Source: an uncultured Alphaproteobacteria bacterium
GTDB taxonomy: Bacteria > Pseudomonadota > Alphaproteobacteria > RF32 > CAG-239
Assembly (NCBI GenBank): GCA_934254915.1
Contig: CAKQMH010000003.1
Coordinates: forward strand, 25,793 to 89,792
DNA: 64,000 nucleotides
Direction of reading: 5' to 3'
In this document: in pieces, positions 26,848 through 38,062 of the stretch
Position numbering within the stretch: position 1 is the stretch's first letter
Layout: each line of letters opens with the position of its first letter
The notes under the pieces: model-generated
Seen by the model: the letters and a program-made list of their open reading frames with translations, nothing else
The model's database searches: none
What the model was told of the DNA's origin: nothing
Translations under genes and position numbers: made by a program

Positions 26848-27723
26848 TTATTTGGCTTTCGGGGTCTGGTTGAAAAAGTCAAAAAATTCCGCATTCGGCG
26901 ATAAAACCATTGCCGTATTGCCTTTTTCGGCCATGGCATTTTTATAAGCTTCAAGTGAGCGGTAAAACGCATAGAACTGCGGGTCAAGGTTAGCCGCCTT
27001 ATTCCAAATCATAATGGCTTCCTGATCGCCTTCACCACGAATAATCTGCGCTTGTTTTTCAGCTTCTGTTACGATGATGGTTTGTTCTTTTTCGGCAGTG
27101 GCGCGGATTTTTTGAGCTTCCTGCTTACCGGTGGCGCGAAATTCTTTGGCATCGCGTTCGCGTTCGGCTTTCATACGGGCATTAATCGCCTGCAAAACCT
27201 CAACCGGCAAATCAGCTCGGCGAATACGAACATCCGCCACACTGACCCCGATTTGTTCAGCATCAATCTTCACCGCGTTGCTGATATCAGCCATGATTTG
27301 CGTTCTTTTTTGGGATAACAGTTCTTGCAAAGTTATACGTCCCAAAATTTTGCGCAGCGAAGAATTAACGATTTCCTCCAACTTGCTGCGGGCTTGCATT
27401 TCCGTACGTACGGTTTTGTAATAGCGCAGCGGATCAACGATTTTGTAGCGGGTAAAACTGTCAACGTCTAAACGTTTTTTATCATTCAAAACCACTTCTT
27501 GTGCCGGCGGATCCAGATTAAGCAAACGATTGTCATAAAACACCACATTTTGAATAAACGGGATTTTCATCTTTAATCCGGGGTCTTTAATTTCGCGCAC
27601 CGGTTCGCCGAATTGCAGTACAATTGCCTGTTCGGTCTGTTCGACAATATAAAAAGTGTTTACCAAAACAAGGATAATAACCGCGGCTGCTCCGCCCCAA
27701 AACATTTTCAACTTATCGCTCAT
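26848..27723 (-). CDS. hflC: Protease modulator HflC (band-7/SPFH)
   Basis: 291 aa. N-terminal TM helix followed by IVEQTEQAIVLQFGEP. Sits in the hflK-hflC-degP order. Confidence 0.85.
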   Translation of the reverse strand: MSDKLKMFWGGAAAVIILVLVNTFYIVEQTEQAIVLQFGEPVREIKDPGLKMKIPFIQNVVFYDNRLLNLDPPAQEVVLNDKKRLDVDSFTRYKIVDPLRYYKTVRTEMQARSKLEEIVNSSLRKILGRITLQELLSQKRTQIMADISNAVKIDAEQIGVSVADVRIRRADLPVEVLQAINARMKAERERDAKEFRATGKQEAQKIRATAEKEQTIIVTEAEKQAQIIRGEGDQEAIMIWNKAANLDPQFYAFYRSLEAYKNAMAEKGNTAMVLSPNAEFFDFFNQTPKAK

Positions 27724-27727
27724 TGTC

Positions 27728-28774
27728 TTATTCTCCTTGTTTTTGCTTTATTTTTAATCCGTCAAGCGGCAAATAAGGCACAACGTTAGAACCTTTGCCC
27801 GAAGGATCTAAAATCACTTTGTTGGAATTAGCCAATACATTTTCCATTGTTTCCAAATACAGACGTTTGATTGTCACGTCTTTTCCCTGCTTGTAGGCAT
27901 TGTAGACCGAAACAAAACGTTCGGCATCACCTTTAGCTTTATTGACCACGCCTTGTTTGTAGGCTTCGGCGTTTTGCAGGCGCTGAGCCGCTTCACCTTT
28001 AGCTTTGGGCAAAATTTCATTACGATAGGCTTCAGCTTCGTTTTTAAACCGTTCCATATCGGCTTTGGCGCGCTGAACTTCATTAAAAGCATCAACGACT
28101 TGTTTGGGCGGGTCGGCTTTTTGCAGCTTTACGCGCACGATTTTAATTCCGGAATTAAACTCGTTTAATACTTTTTGCAATTCAGCCATGGTTTCATCTT
28201 CGACTTTGCCGCGGTCACCTGAAATAATCGGCATCATTTCCGATTGTCCGACAATTTCGCGCAAAACCGATTGTGCCGCGACTTTAATTGTCTGATCTGG
28301 ACTCTGCATGCTGAACAAATAATTTTTGGCATCGTCAATCCGCCATACGATTGTAAGGTTAATATCGACAATATTTTCATCGCCGGTCAGCATATGGCTT
28401 TCGGTAAAAGCATTGTTGCCGTTGTATTGTTCGCTCAAACCTAAGGTGATACTGCGTTCTTGCGTTGTGTTGACCTTGGTAACCGTTTCAATCGGATAGG
28501 GCAGGTGATAATGCAAACCGGCATCGGTTGTTTCGTTATAAGCACCAAAACGCAATACTACGCCTTGCTCATTAGGCTGAACCTGATAAAAGCCGGTCGC
28601 CAGCCATAATGCCGCAACCGCCAAAACTCCCCATTGCCATTTAAACTCAAAATTTCCGTCATTGCGACTGTTAATTTTAAACTTTTCGACTTTAGCCCGT
28701 CGTTCCACCGGCTTGTCAATGTTTTCCCACGGGTTTTCGTCGTTATCTTCCCACGGATTTGGAATTTTGGCCAT
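27728..28774 (-). CDS. hflK: Protease modulator HflK (band-7/SPFH)
   Basis: 348 aa. GFYQVQPNEQGVVLRFG...RLYLETMENVLANSNKVILD matches HflK. Confidence 0.85.
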   Translation of the reverse strand: MAKIPNPWEDNDENPWENIDKPVERRAKVEKFKINSRNDGNFEFKWQWGVLAVAALWLATGFYQVQPNEQGVVLRFGAYNETTDAGLHYHLPYPIETVTKVNTTQERSITLGLSEQYNGNNAFTESHMLTGDENIVDINLTIVWRIDDAKNYLFSMQSPDQTIKVAAQSVLREIVGQSEMMPIISGDRGKVEDETMAELQKVLNEFNSGIKIVRVKLQKADPPKQVVDAFNEVQRAKADMERFKNEAEAYRNEILPKAKGEAAQRLQNAEAYKQGVVNKAKGDAERFVSVYNAYKQGKDVTIKRLYLETMENVLANSNKVILDPSGKGSNVVPYLPLDGLKIKQKQGE

Positions 28775-28872
28775 TATAACCCCCTTAATTTTCTATTGCT
28801 TTTGCTCCATATATAATATAAATAGTGCAATAAGACAACAATCGATGAGATTATCAACAGGAAGTCAAATCA

Positions 28873-29867
28873 TGGAAGAAAAAGTTAAAGCAATCGTTGA
28901 ACAATATTTTTCCCCTGCGCAAATCGACAGTATCAATCTGATAAAAGGACGTTTGTTGGTTACCTTGTGCAATGCCAAGGAAGATGAGGTTAAAACGGCA
29001 GCGTTGAAAGAACAGCTAAGCGCGCTTGACGGAGTAGCCAAAGTTAACATTATTTATACGGCAGAAAAAAAAGCCGCTTCGCTTAAGCCGGAAGAGCAAA
29101 AATGGCAAGTTTCAAGTGTAAAAAAAATTATTGCCGTGGCCTCAGGCAAAGGCGGCGTCGGTAAATCCACGACTGCGGTTAATCTGGCTTTGGCACTGGC
29201 TAATAAAGGGCAAAAAGTCGCTTTGTTTGATGCTGATATCTATGGTCCGTCAATCCCGACCATGTTGGGCTATGAAGGCGTCGGCGCGTTGAGCCGTGAC
29301 GGTAAGACTTTTGAACCTTTTGAGTATATGGGCATTGCCTCTATGTCTATCGGTACATTTATTGACAAAGATGTCCCGCTTATCTGGCGCGGTTCGAAGG
29401 CTTGCGGTGCTTTGGAACAGTTGTTGACGCAGGTTAATTGGGGCGAAATCGATATTATGGTTATTGATATGCCTCCGGGAACCGGCGATATTCAAATAAC
29501 TTTATCGCAAAAATTAAATCTCGCCGGAGCGGTTATTGTTTCTACCCCGCAGGATATTGCTCTTATTGACGCGGTTAAAGGGGTAAATATGTTCAAAAAA
29601 GTTGATGTCCCGATTTTGGGCATTATTGAAAATATGAGCTATTACCTTTGTCCCAAATGCGGAACGCGGGCTGATATTTTCGGTCATGCCGGTGCGCATG
29701 AAACTGCTGATAAGTTGGGAGTTCCGTTCTTGGGTGAAGTTCCGCTGCATATTGATATTCGGACTAATGCCGACAGCGGCACTCCGATTGTCTTTGCCGA
29801 ACCGGAAAGCGAATTTACTCGCATTTATGAGGAAATTGCCGCTAAAATCATTGATGAGCTTAATTAG
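28873..29867 (+). CDS. apbC: Fe-S cluster carrier ATPase Mrp/ApbC
   Basis: N-terminal MIP18-like region, IAVASGKGGVGKSTTAVNLALALA P-loop and C-x-x-C (YLCPKCG). The probable start MEEKVKAI follows an AGGAAG Shine-Dalgarno sequence. The ORF-track start at 28662 is probably spurious. Confidence 0.85.
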
Positions 29868-31239
29868 ACTTTGTCATATTTTCCAATCGCAGCAGCAAAT
29901 CATCAATTTTGAGTGATAATTGCGCCGACGGATTTGCGGCTTTAGCTTCTTCAGCTTGATGTTTGGCCGTTTCAACCGCGCCGATGCGGGCGGAATATTC
30001 AGCCGCTGCGTATTGAGCCGCCGCATTGTTCCCTAATGCTCCGTAAGCTCGCGCCAACAACAGTTGGCTGAAACTCATCGGCCTGACCAAAAGTGATTTA
30101 TTTAACAGATTTATCGCTTCTTGCAGCTTGTTTTGGGTCGGCGTATTTTCAATAATCGCTTGCGCCAAACTGATTTGCAACAAGGCCGAATTCGGCTGCA
30201 ATTTCACCGCCTGACGATAATATTTTTCTGCTTCGTTCGGTTTTCCGGTTTCCAAGGCAATTTGCCCTTTCAGCTCATAAAAATATGGATTATTCGGTTC
30301 TTTTTGCAACAGCTTGTCTAAGTCTTGCTGCGCGGTATCAAATTGCAGTTTTTTGAAGGCCGCAATCGCTCGGGCATATTGTGCTGCTGTCGAATTGTCG
30401 GTCAGCGGATATTTGCGCAGCGTCTTCTCCGGAGTATTCAGGTAGGCAAACAATTTGGCTTTAACGCGCGCAAATTCTTCTTCATATTGCGCTTTGTTTT
30501 CATAGGCACTTTCACTTAAGGCTTTTTCAAAAAAACTTATACGTTCGCGGGTAACCGGATGGGTGCGAAAATAAGGTGTTTCGTCCACGCCGTTAAGGTT
30601 ATTTTGTTTGGCAATTCGTTTCATAAACGTCAAAATGCCTTGCGGGCTTTGGTGGGTTTGGCTTAGGGCTTTTACTGCATATTCATCGGCCGACCGCTCC
30701 TCCGATGTCCGATATTGCAAGTAATGATTTAGGGTCGAACTTTGCGAACCTAGTAATACCGCCATGGCCGCATCGCCACGCCCGCTTGCCGCCGCAGCCG
30801 TTCCGGCGAGCAGGGCAGATACCAAATTGATTTCCTGCATTTCCCGATCTTTGAGCTTTTGCCGTAAAATATGCCCTCCGGCAATATGTCCGGTTTCGTG
30901 AGCAATAACCCCGCTTAATTCATTAGCGCTGTCAGCCGCAATAATTGTTCCGGTATGCACAAATAAGCGGTTGCCGTCGCTGACAAACGCATTAAGCGAG
31001 GCATCATCAACAATATAAATGTTATTTTTCTTAAAACTGATACCGGCAGCGTCAAACAGCGGTTTGGTGATTTTATCCAGCAATTGTTCGGTTTCTTCGT
31101 CCGAAATAAGGCTGATGCTTTGTGCTTTTGCATCCGTAACGAATGCCAAAAGGGCTAATGGCAGCCATAGACTGCCGATTAGCCCTTGAGCAAAATATTT
31201 AAACTTAGAGCCTAGCCTTTGATAAGTTTTTTCCACCAA
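29860..31239 (-). CDS. M48-family zinc metalloprotease with C-terminal TPR repeats (BepA/YfgC-like)
   Basis: Signal peptide, HETGHIAGGH (HExxH), and TPR-like repeats in the C-terminal half. Confidence 0.7.
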   Translation of the reverse strand: MVEKTYQRLGSKFKYFAQGLIGSLWLPLALLAFVTDAKAQSISLISDEETEQLLDKITKPLFDAAGISFKKNNIYIVDDASLNAFVSDGNRLFVHTGTIIAADSANELSGVIAHETGHIAGGHILRQKLKDREMQEINLVSALLAGTAAAASGRGDAAMAVLLGSQSSTLNHYLQYRTSEERSADEYAVKALSQTHQSPQGILTFMKRIAKQNNLNGVDETPYFRTHPVTRERISFFEKALSESAYENKAQYEEEFARVKAKLFAYLNTPEKTLRKYPLTDNSTAAQYARAIAAFKKLQFDTAQQDLDKLLQKEPNNPYFYELKGQIALETGKPNEAEKYYRQAVKLQPNSALLQISLAQAIIENTPTQNKLQEAINLLNKSLLVRPMSFSQLLLARAYGALGNNAAAQYAAAEYSARIGAVETAKHQAEEAKAANPSAQLSLKIDDLLLRLENMTKSN

Positions 31240-33737
31240 GTTGATTTTTCCTTAGGCTGTTCCTCAACCTTTTGAGGAGTTTCATGTTTAATATCTTCGT
31301 GACTGTTATACAGAATAACCGCTTCTTGCCGTTCTTTGGGCTTGTTGTCCCGATTGTTGTAATTATTATTGCGTTTGCGGTCAAAGCGGTTACCGCGTCC
31401 GCGGCGGCGTCCGTCACGACGACGGCGGTTGTTGTGATAGCCGTTTTCCTGCGGTTCTGTTTCTGCAGATGTATTTTCTTTTACTTCTTCTTCAACCGTA
31501 GGCTCTGAAGTTTTTTCTTCTTTGACGACTTCCGGAGCAATTGTATCGGTGTTTTCCGGCTCAATTACTGTTTCCGCAGTTTTAGTATCTTCATCTGCCG
31601 CCTTAGTCGCTTTGGTACGTTCAATCCGATAATCGGAAATACACTGAACGCTGTCATCGGCACTGATAATTACATCCATTTTGTATTTCTGTTCCAAATT
31701 AAGCAGATTTTGTCGTTTGTGATTAAGCAGATAAATAGCAATATCAGAAGGTACAAAGACATTTAGGCGGCAAGAGCGTCCTTTAATGCCTTCTTCCTCA
31801 ATTCCGCGCAAAACATAAACGGCGCTGGACTCAATCGTACGTACCATTCCTTTACCCTGACAGTGCGGGCAAACCTGATAATTGCTTTCAAAAAAGGATG
31901 AATGCATTCTTTGACGTGAAAGTTCCAACAAGCCGAACATACTCATTTTGCCGACCTGAATCCGTGAACGATCTTTTTTCAAAGCTTCTTTCATACGTTT
32001 TTCGACAGCATGGTTGTTGGCCGGTTCGTCCATGTCAATAAAGTCAATAACGACCAAACCGGCAAGATTACGCATTCTGAGCTGGCGTGCAATTTCGTCA
32101 CAGGCTTCAAGATTGGTTTTAAGCGCTGTTTCTTCCAAGTCTCTTTCTTTAGTTGCCCGACCGGAGTTTACGTCAATGGATACCAGTGCTTCTGTCGGGT
32201 TAATTACCAAATAGCCGCCCGATTCTAATTGGGCATTGCATTCATGCAATTTGTCCAGTTGCCCTTCGACCTGAAAGCGTTGGAACAATGGAATATCGTT
32301 ATGGCGATAGTTCTTAATTTTTTTCAGACTGTGTGGAGACAACATTCTGAAAAAGTCTTTTGCCAGCTTATAAGCCTCATCACCGGCAACAATAATCTCC
32401 GAGGTATCTTTGGTATAAATATCGCGCAAAGCCCGTTTAATCAGATTTCCTTCTTCATGAATTAAGGCCGGAGCTTTAACCTTCAGTGAATCCAAACGGA
32501 TTTGATTCCATGCGCGGATAAGGTAGTTGTAGTCGCGAACAATATCGGCTTTAGTTTTTTCTTCGCCGGCAGTGCGGACGATAATCGACATATCGGCAGT
32601 CAACGGCAGCTCTTTAACAATAGCTTTCAAACGGCTGCGGTCGGCGGCATTGGTAATTTTGCGCGAAACCCCGCCACTCTTGATGCGGTTGGGCATCAAT
32701 ACGCAGTAGCGTCCGGCCAGTGATAAATAAGTTGTCAAAGCCGCGCCTTTGTTTCCTCGTTCTTCTTTAACTACCTGTACCAGCAGAATTTGTCCTTCTT
32801 TGATAACATCCTGAATCTTGTTGCGATGGAAAAGTTTCCGCGCTCTGATTAATTTGCGTTGAAGCTCAAAATCCATCTCCAAATCATCGTCATCATCGTC
32901 AACATCTTCATCATTTTCGGATGCGGCGGCAATTTTTTCATCTGCCTCTTCACTGATGACGGCTTCACTCGTTCCGACATCTTCGCTCAGTACCTTGAGT
33001 TTTTCTTTCTCATTTTCGGCATCTTCGGTTTTGGGGTGCTGTTTTTGATATTTCTTTTTCAACAGACGTTTTTTCTGTTTATGGCGTTTATCTCCGGCGG
33101 CAACTTCTTCCAAAGCGGCTTCTTCTTCGGGAGTGATGTCATTAATTTCGGCTTTGTCTTCAACAGGAGCAGTTAGTTTTTCGTTTGCGGCTTCCTGGGC
33201 GACCGCTGTTTCCACCGGTTTTTTACGTGGGCGCCCGCGGCGTCCGCGCGGTTTAGCTTCCTTACTTTCAGTTTTTTCATCTTCCGGTTGGAATGCAGTT
33301 TCTTCAACGGCTTTTTCCGCTTCTTTAGCTGCTTCCGCCTCAGCTTCGGCTTTGGCTTTCTGTGCCGCTTCACGGGCAGCCGCTTTTTCCTGACGGATAC
33401 GTTCTCTTTCCTGTTCACGCTCTTTTAAGGCTTGTTTTTTATTCTCAATGATTTCATCAACTTCATTATCAATTGCCTCAAGCTCTTCTTGAGATATATT
33501 GTAATAATCAGGATGAATTTCACCAAAGGCTAAAAAACCGTGCTTGTTACCGCCGTAATCTACAAAGCAGGCTTGTAATGAAGGTTCAACCCGCATTACT
33601 TTCCCAAGATAAATATTGCCTTTGATTTGTTTGCGGTGAGTTGTTTCAAACTCAACATCTTCCAACTTGTTTCCGTTAATTACCACAACTCTTGTTTCTT
33701 CCGGTTGGGTATCATCAATCAGCATTCTTTTTATCAT
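31212..33737 (-). CDS. rne: Ribonuclease E
   Basis: MIKRMLIDDTQPEETRVVVINGNKLEDVEFE...NIYLGKVMRVEPSLQACFVDYGGNKHGFL aligns with E. coli RNase E. Zn-link CPHCQGKGMV. Arg-, Glu- and Lys-rich C-terminal scaffold. Confidence 0.85.
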   Translation of the reverse strand: MIKRMLIDDTQPEETRVVVINGNKLEDVEFETTHRKQIKGNIYLGKVMRVEPSLQACFVDYGGNKHGFLAFGEIHPDYYNISQEELEAIDNEVDEIIENKKQALKEREQERERIRQEKAAAREAAQKAKAEAEAEAAKEAEKAVEETAFQPEDEKTESKEAKPRGRRGRPRKKPVETAVAQEAANEKLTAPVEDKAEINDITPEEEAALEEVAAGDKRHKQKKRLLKKKYQKQHPKTEDAENEKEKLKVLSEDVGTSEAVISEEADEKIAAASENDEDVDDDDDDLEMDFELQRKLIRARKLFHRNKIQDVIKEGQILLVQVVKEERGNKGAALTTYLSLAGRYCVLMPNRIKSGGVSRKITNAADRSRLKAIVKELPLTADMSIIVRTAGEEKTKADIVRDYNYLIRAWNQIRLDSLKVKAPALIHEEGNLIKRALRDIYTKDTSEIIVAGDEAYKLAKDFFRMLSPHSLKKIKNYRHNDIPLFQRFQVEGQLDKLHECNAQLESGGYLVINPTEALVSIDVNSGRATKERDLEETALKTNLEACDEIARQLRMRNLAGLVVIDFIDMDEPANNHAVEKRMKEALKKDRSRIQVGKMSMFGLLELSRQRMHSSFFESNYQVCPHCQGKGMVRTIESSAVYVLRGIEEEGIKGRSCRLNVFVPSDIAIYLLNHKRQNLLNLEQKYKMDVIISADDSVQCISDYRIERTKATKAADEDTKTAETVIEPENTDTIAPEVVKEEKTSEPTVEEEVKENTSAETEPQENGYHNNRRRRDGRRRGRGNRFDRKRNNNYNNRDNKPKERQEAVILYNSHEDIKHETPQKVEEQPKEKSTWWKKLIKG

Positions 33738-34217
33738 AATAAATTCTCCACCGGCGTAGAAAAAATCTACGCAATAATTTCACCCGCGCTGGAGAGGATA
33801 TTTAAAAGATTTATTAATAAGGCGATTCGCCAACGGACCTTAAGCCCTAAATATTCAATCGGCCGCAGAATATTGCGGTGCATTAATTATTTTCAAATCT
33901 TTCAACTCCGCAGAAACTGTTTAGTTATTTAGTTGCTTAATTTAGTTTCCACGCTTAAAACTCGTCCAGCAAAATTTTGTCTGTTCGCTATATGTTGCCG
34001 GCCTTTCGTTATGATAAGGCGGCGGTATCAGGTTTTGGCTCAATAAAACCACATTTTGTTCAAAAAACAGAGCCTGACCCGATACATAAAACTCATATAA
34101 CGTCGTTTAGCATATACATTTTGATTTAAAACACAACAATAAAATTAATTTACTCATCATTTTAAGACATTGGTAACAGTCTTGTATTATAATATCAAAA
34201 AAATAAGGAAAAAGACT

Positions 34218-35474
34218 GTGTTTATAATAAGGGTGCTGCAAAATATTGGTGTTAAGGCTCTATTCCTGTTGGTGGGATTGGGCGTGTTCACTGCTACGCC
34301 GAATGCAGCGCAGGCCGCCCAAATATCATCTTTGCGCTTAGGACAGGGAATTGGTAATATCCGCATTGTTTTAGACGCGGATTCGCAGTTCAATTATAAA
34401 GTGTTTTTGCTTACCGAACCCAAAAGACTGGTTATTGATACACAGAATATTGACATTAATTCTAAAGTCGAAAATGAGGTCGAAAAAAACAGCTTTATCA
34501 GCCGCGCTCGTCTGGGAACTGCCGGCGTAAACGGCAAGCGCTTGGTTCTGGATTTGCTTAAACCGGCTGTGGTGAAAAAAGTGTTTATGCTGCCGCCGCA
34601 AAGCAATTTCAGTTGGCGCTTTGTTATTGATTTGGAAGTTGCTTCCGAACGTGAATTTATTGCCAAAGTCGGCAATGACAACGCTATCAGCAACGGCAGC
34701 TATCAAACTGCATCGCAGGTGACCACACCGAAAACAACTAAATCGTCTCCGTCCAAGGCTGTGGCTAAGACTTCAAAATCGCAAAAAATCGTAGTGCTCG
34801 ATGCCGGACACGGCGGGGTCGATCCTGGAGCTATCGGTGTTTCGGGGGTATATGAAAAAAATATTACCCTGGCTATGGCTCGTGAGCTTAAAGAAGTCAT
34901 TGAAAAGCAATACGGTTATAAGGTTTATCTGACTCGTAACCGCGATGTCTTTATTCCGTTGCGCGATCGGGTAAAAATTGCCCGCCGCCATGATGCCGAT
35001 TTGTTCTTGTCAATCCACGCCGACAGCGCGCGCAACCGCAAAGCTAAAGGGCTTTCGGTCTATACTCTTTCCGAAACCGCATCCGACAAAGAGGCCGCAG
35101 CTTTGGCCGAAAAGGAAAATAAAGCTGATATTGTGGCCGGATTGAACTTTGCCGAACATTCCAAAGAAGTTTCGGATATTTTGCTTAATCTGGCTCAGCG
35201 CGAAACGATGAACCGTTCATCCGAATTTGCAACCTTTATGGTGCAGGAAATGCGCAAATCAACCCATACTCTGGACAATACCCATCGTTTTGCCGGTTTT
35301 GCCGTGCTGAAAGCGCCGGATGTTCCGTCAGTGTTGATGGAGCTTGGGTATTTGTCAAATCCGACCGAGGAAAAACAGCTGCAACAAAAAGCTTACCGCA
35401 AAAAACTGGCGATTTCGGCGGCTAAAGCTATTGATAAATATTTCGAAAATATGCGCCACGCATCGGTTTTTTAG
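34218..35474 (+). CDS. amiC: N-acetylmuramoyl-L-alanine amidase (AMIN domain plus Amidase_3; AmiC-like)
   Basis: IVVLDAGHGGVDPGAIG. Signal peptide ending AQA. The probable GTG start at 34218 follows AAGGA. The ORF track begins at a TTG at 34170. Confidence 0.75.
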   Translation: MFIIRVLQNIGVKALFLLVGLGVFTATPNAAQAAQISSLRLGQGIGNIRIVLDADSQFNYKVFLLTEPKRLVIDTQNIDINSKVENEVEKNSFISRARLGTAGVNGKRLVLDLLKPAVVKKVFMLPPQSNFSWRFVIDLEVASEREFIAKVGNDNAISNGSYQTASQVTTPKTTKSSPSKAVAKTSKSQKIVVLDAGHGGVDPGAIGVSGVYEKNITLAMARELKEVIEKQYGYKVYLTRNRDVFIPLRDRVKIARRHDADLFLSIHADSARNRKAKGLSVYTLSETASDKEAAALAEKENKADIVAGLNFAEHSKEVSDILLNLAQRETMNRSSEFATFMVQEMRKSTHTLDNTHRFAGFAVLKAPDVPSVLMELGYLSNPTEEKQLQQKAYRKKLAISAAKAIDKYFENMRHASVF

Positions 35475-35586
35475 GCCGAAATTGCGCTTTTTTATCCCGA
35501 TATCATAAAAATTCTTTGGCATTTTAAATTAAATGTACTAAATTGCTAAACAAGATTCTATATATAACAAACTGGTATGGACAGAT

Positions 35587-38049
35587 ATGTTTAAAACGTT
35601 ATCGTCGCTCTTAAGCACGTTTTTCTTTTTTGCCGTTATCGGCTTAGTTCTTATGATAACTTCGATCTGGAAAATCTCGCAAGAGTTGCCGGAGTATAAG
35701 CAGTTGGCTAAATATGAGCCGGCCGTTACGACGCGTCTCTATGCCGGCGACGGGCAGTTGATGATGGAATATGCCGTCGAAAAACGTTTGTTCGTGCCGG
35801 AAGAAAAAATTCCTTCTTTGGTTAAAAATGCCTTTATTGCCGCTGAAGATAAAAAATTTTATTCCCATTCGGGGATTGATTTTGTTGGTATTGCCCGCGC
35901 GGTTATCGGTAACCTCAAAAATATCGGTACTGGAAGACGTCCGGCCGGCGCTTCTACCATAACACAGCAGGTGGCCAAAAACTTTTTGCTGTCTTCCGAA
36001 CTGTCTTATGTGCGTAAAATCAAAGAGGCAATTTTGGCCACTCGCATTGAACAGGCTTTTACCAAACAACACATTTTGGAACTTTATTTGAACGAAATTT
36101 ATTTAGGCAACCGCTCGTATGGGGTTGCGGCGGCCGCCTTAAATTATTTTGGCAAATCGCTGGATGAGCTTAGTCTTGAAGAAGTTGCCTATCTTGCGGC
36201 GCTGCCGAAAGGACCAAATAACTATAATCCTAAAACCCGCTATGAAGCAGCTATAGCCCGCCGTAATTGGGTTATCGACCGGATGGTGGAAGACGGTTAT
36301 GCTACTCCTGAAGACGCTGAAACGGCCAAGGCAAAACCATTGCAAACAATAGAACGTCGCGGCGAATTTGTCAAAGATGGCGAGTATTTCAGTGAAGATG
36401 TTCGTCGTCAGGTGAAAAAACAATTCGGTGAAGATGCTTTATATGAAGGTGGTTTGCTGATTCGTACCACTCTTGATCCGCGTTTGCAAAAAATTGCCGC
36501 CAAAGCTTTCCGCGAGGAAATCAAAAACTATGATCACCGTCATGGTTGGCGCGGACCTCTGGCTAATTTGCCGCTTGATAAAAATTATCGGGAAGAAATG
36601 TCTAAGATTGAAATGAGCCGTGGCTATGATAACGGCTGGCTTAAAGCTATCGTTACTGAGGTTAGTAAAGATAAAGCCGTGATTGAAACGGCTGAAGGCA
36701 ATAAAGGCATAATCCCGTTGTCGGTTTTGTCCTGGGCGCGTAAAAACTTGAAAAATCAAGGCGTCAGCAATGCTCCTTCCTCTGTTGGAGATGTGCTTCA
36801 TCAAGGTGACGTGATTATGGTTGAAAAAATCGCCGCAGCGCAGATTGCCAAACAAAAACTTCCCGCGGATTCATATAATTTGCGGCAAGTACCTGATGTT
36901 GAGGGCGGCTTGATTGCCTTAGATCCGCACACCGGTAAAATTTTGGCTATGGTTGGCGGTTATTCATTTGCCAAATCGCAGTTTAACCGTGCAACGCAGG
37001 CGCTGCGCCAAACCGGTTCGGCCTTCAAACCGATTGTTTATTTAGCCGCTCTTGATAACGGCTATTCGCCTACGGATTTGATTTTGGATGCTCCGTTTGT
37101 TTTGGATCAAGGGCCGGGGCTGCCTAAATGGAAACCGGTGAACTATTCTAAACGCTTTTACGGACTTATGACCTTGCGTCAGGGAATTGAAAAATCGCGT
37201 AACCTCATGACGGTTCGTCTGGCTCAGGATGTCGGAATGGATAAGGTCGCGGCTTATGCCAAAAAAATGGGCGTCAACGATAATCTTCCGCCTTTATTGT
37301 CCATGTCTTTGGGCGCGGGGGAAACTCGTTTGATTAATATGGCTTCGGCTTATGGTATCATGGTAAACGGCGGCAAACAGGTATCGCCTTATCTGATTGA
37401 GCGTATTCAGGACCGCAACGGTGAAACGATTTATAAACACGATACGCGCGAATGTCCCGATTGCAACGCCGACGCCTGGCATGATCAGGAAGTTCCGGTT
37501 TTGAACGATAATCGCGAACAATTAATTGATCCGCTCAGTGCTTATCAAATGGTCAGCATTTTGGAGGGGGTTGCTCAGCGCGGTACGGCTGCCCGTTTGC
37601 GCAATTTGCATAAACATGTTGCCGGCAAAACCGGTACTACCAATAAAAATCAGGATGCCTGGTTTGTCGGTTTTTCGCCTGATTTGGTAGTCGCGGTTTA
37701 TGTCGGGTTTGATGAGCCGCGCACTCTTGGTCGTTTTGAGACCGGTGCCGGTTCGGCTTTGCCGATTTTTAACAGCTTTATGCGTGATGCTTTGGCAAAT
37801 CAGGCTGATATTCCGTTCCGTATTCCGGCCGGTATCAAGCTTGTGCGGGTTAATTATGAAACCGGCAAGCCGGCTAAACCGACGGATAAAGTGGTTATTA
37901 CCGAGGCTCTGAAACCGGAATTTAATTTTGATTCCAAACGCCAGCGGGTAATCGGCACTCCGGCCGTTAATGACAATGAAGAAAATGTTGAAACCGAAGT
38001 CTTTGAAGAAGATGAAGACGCCGATTTTCAACTTGGAACACAATATTAA
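35587..38049 (+). CDS. mrcA: Penicillin-binding protein 1A (bifunctional transglycosylase/transpeptidase)
   Basis: GT51 motifs EDKKFYSHSGID and RKIKEA. Transpeptidase motifs SAFKP (SxxK), SxN and KTGTT. Confidence 0.9.
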   Translation: MFKTLSSLLSTFFFFAVIGLVLMITSIWKISQELPEYKQLAKYEPAVTTRLYAGDGQLMMEYAVEKRLFVPEEKIPSLVKNAFIAAEDKKFYSHSGIDFVGIARAVIGNLKNIGTGRRPAGASTITQQVAKNFLLSSELSYVRKIKEAILATRIEQAFTKQHILELYLNEIYLGNRSYGVAAAALNYFGKSLDELSLEEVAYLAALPKGPNNYNPKTRYEAAIARRNWVIDRMVEDGYATPEDAETAKAKPLQTIERRGEFVKDGEYFSEDVRRQVKKQFGEDALYEGGLLIRTTLDPRLQKIAAKAFREEIKNYDHRHGWRGPLANLPLDKNYREEMSKIEMSRGYDNGWLKAIVTEVSKDKAVIETAEGNKGIIPLSVLSWARKNLKNQGVSNAPSSVGDVLHQGDVIMVEKIAAAQIAKQKLPADSYNLRQVPDVEGGLIALDPHTGKILAMVGGYSFAKSQFNRATQALRQTGSAFKPIVYLAALDNGYSPTDLILDAPFVLDQGPGLPKWKPVNYSKRFYGLMTLRQGIEKSRNLMTVRLAQDVGMDKVAAYAKKMGVNDNLPPLLSMSLGAGETRLINMASAYGIMVNGGKQVSPYLIERIQDRNGETIYKHDTRECPDCNADAWHDQEVPVLNDNREQLIDPLSAYQMVSILEGVAQRGTAARLRNLHKHVAGKTGTTNKNQDAWFVGFSPDLVVAVYVGFDEPRTLGRFETGAGSALPIFNSFMRDALANQADIPFRIPAGIKLVRVNYETGKPAKPTDKVVITEALKPEFNFDSKRQRVIGTPAVNDNEENVETEVFEEDEDADFQLGTQY

Positions 38050-38062
38050 AGAGAGGTTGATA

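Noticed and set aside
28662-28872. Long N-terminal extension of the apbC ORF (start at 28662)
   Set aside because: The extension overlaps the hflK start region on the other strand and is low-complexity. A good SD plus ATG at 28873 gives the conserved MEEKVKAI MIP18-like N-terminus.
33627-33932. 101-aa ORF in the rne-amiC intergenic region
   Set aside because: It has a low-complexity, hydrophobic-poor composition and no SD. It lies in the expected rne 5' UTR.
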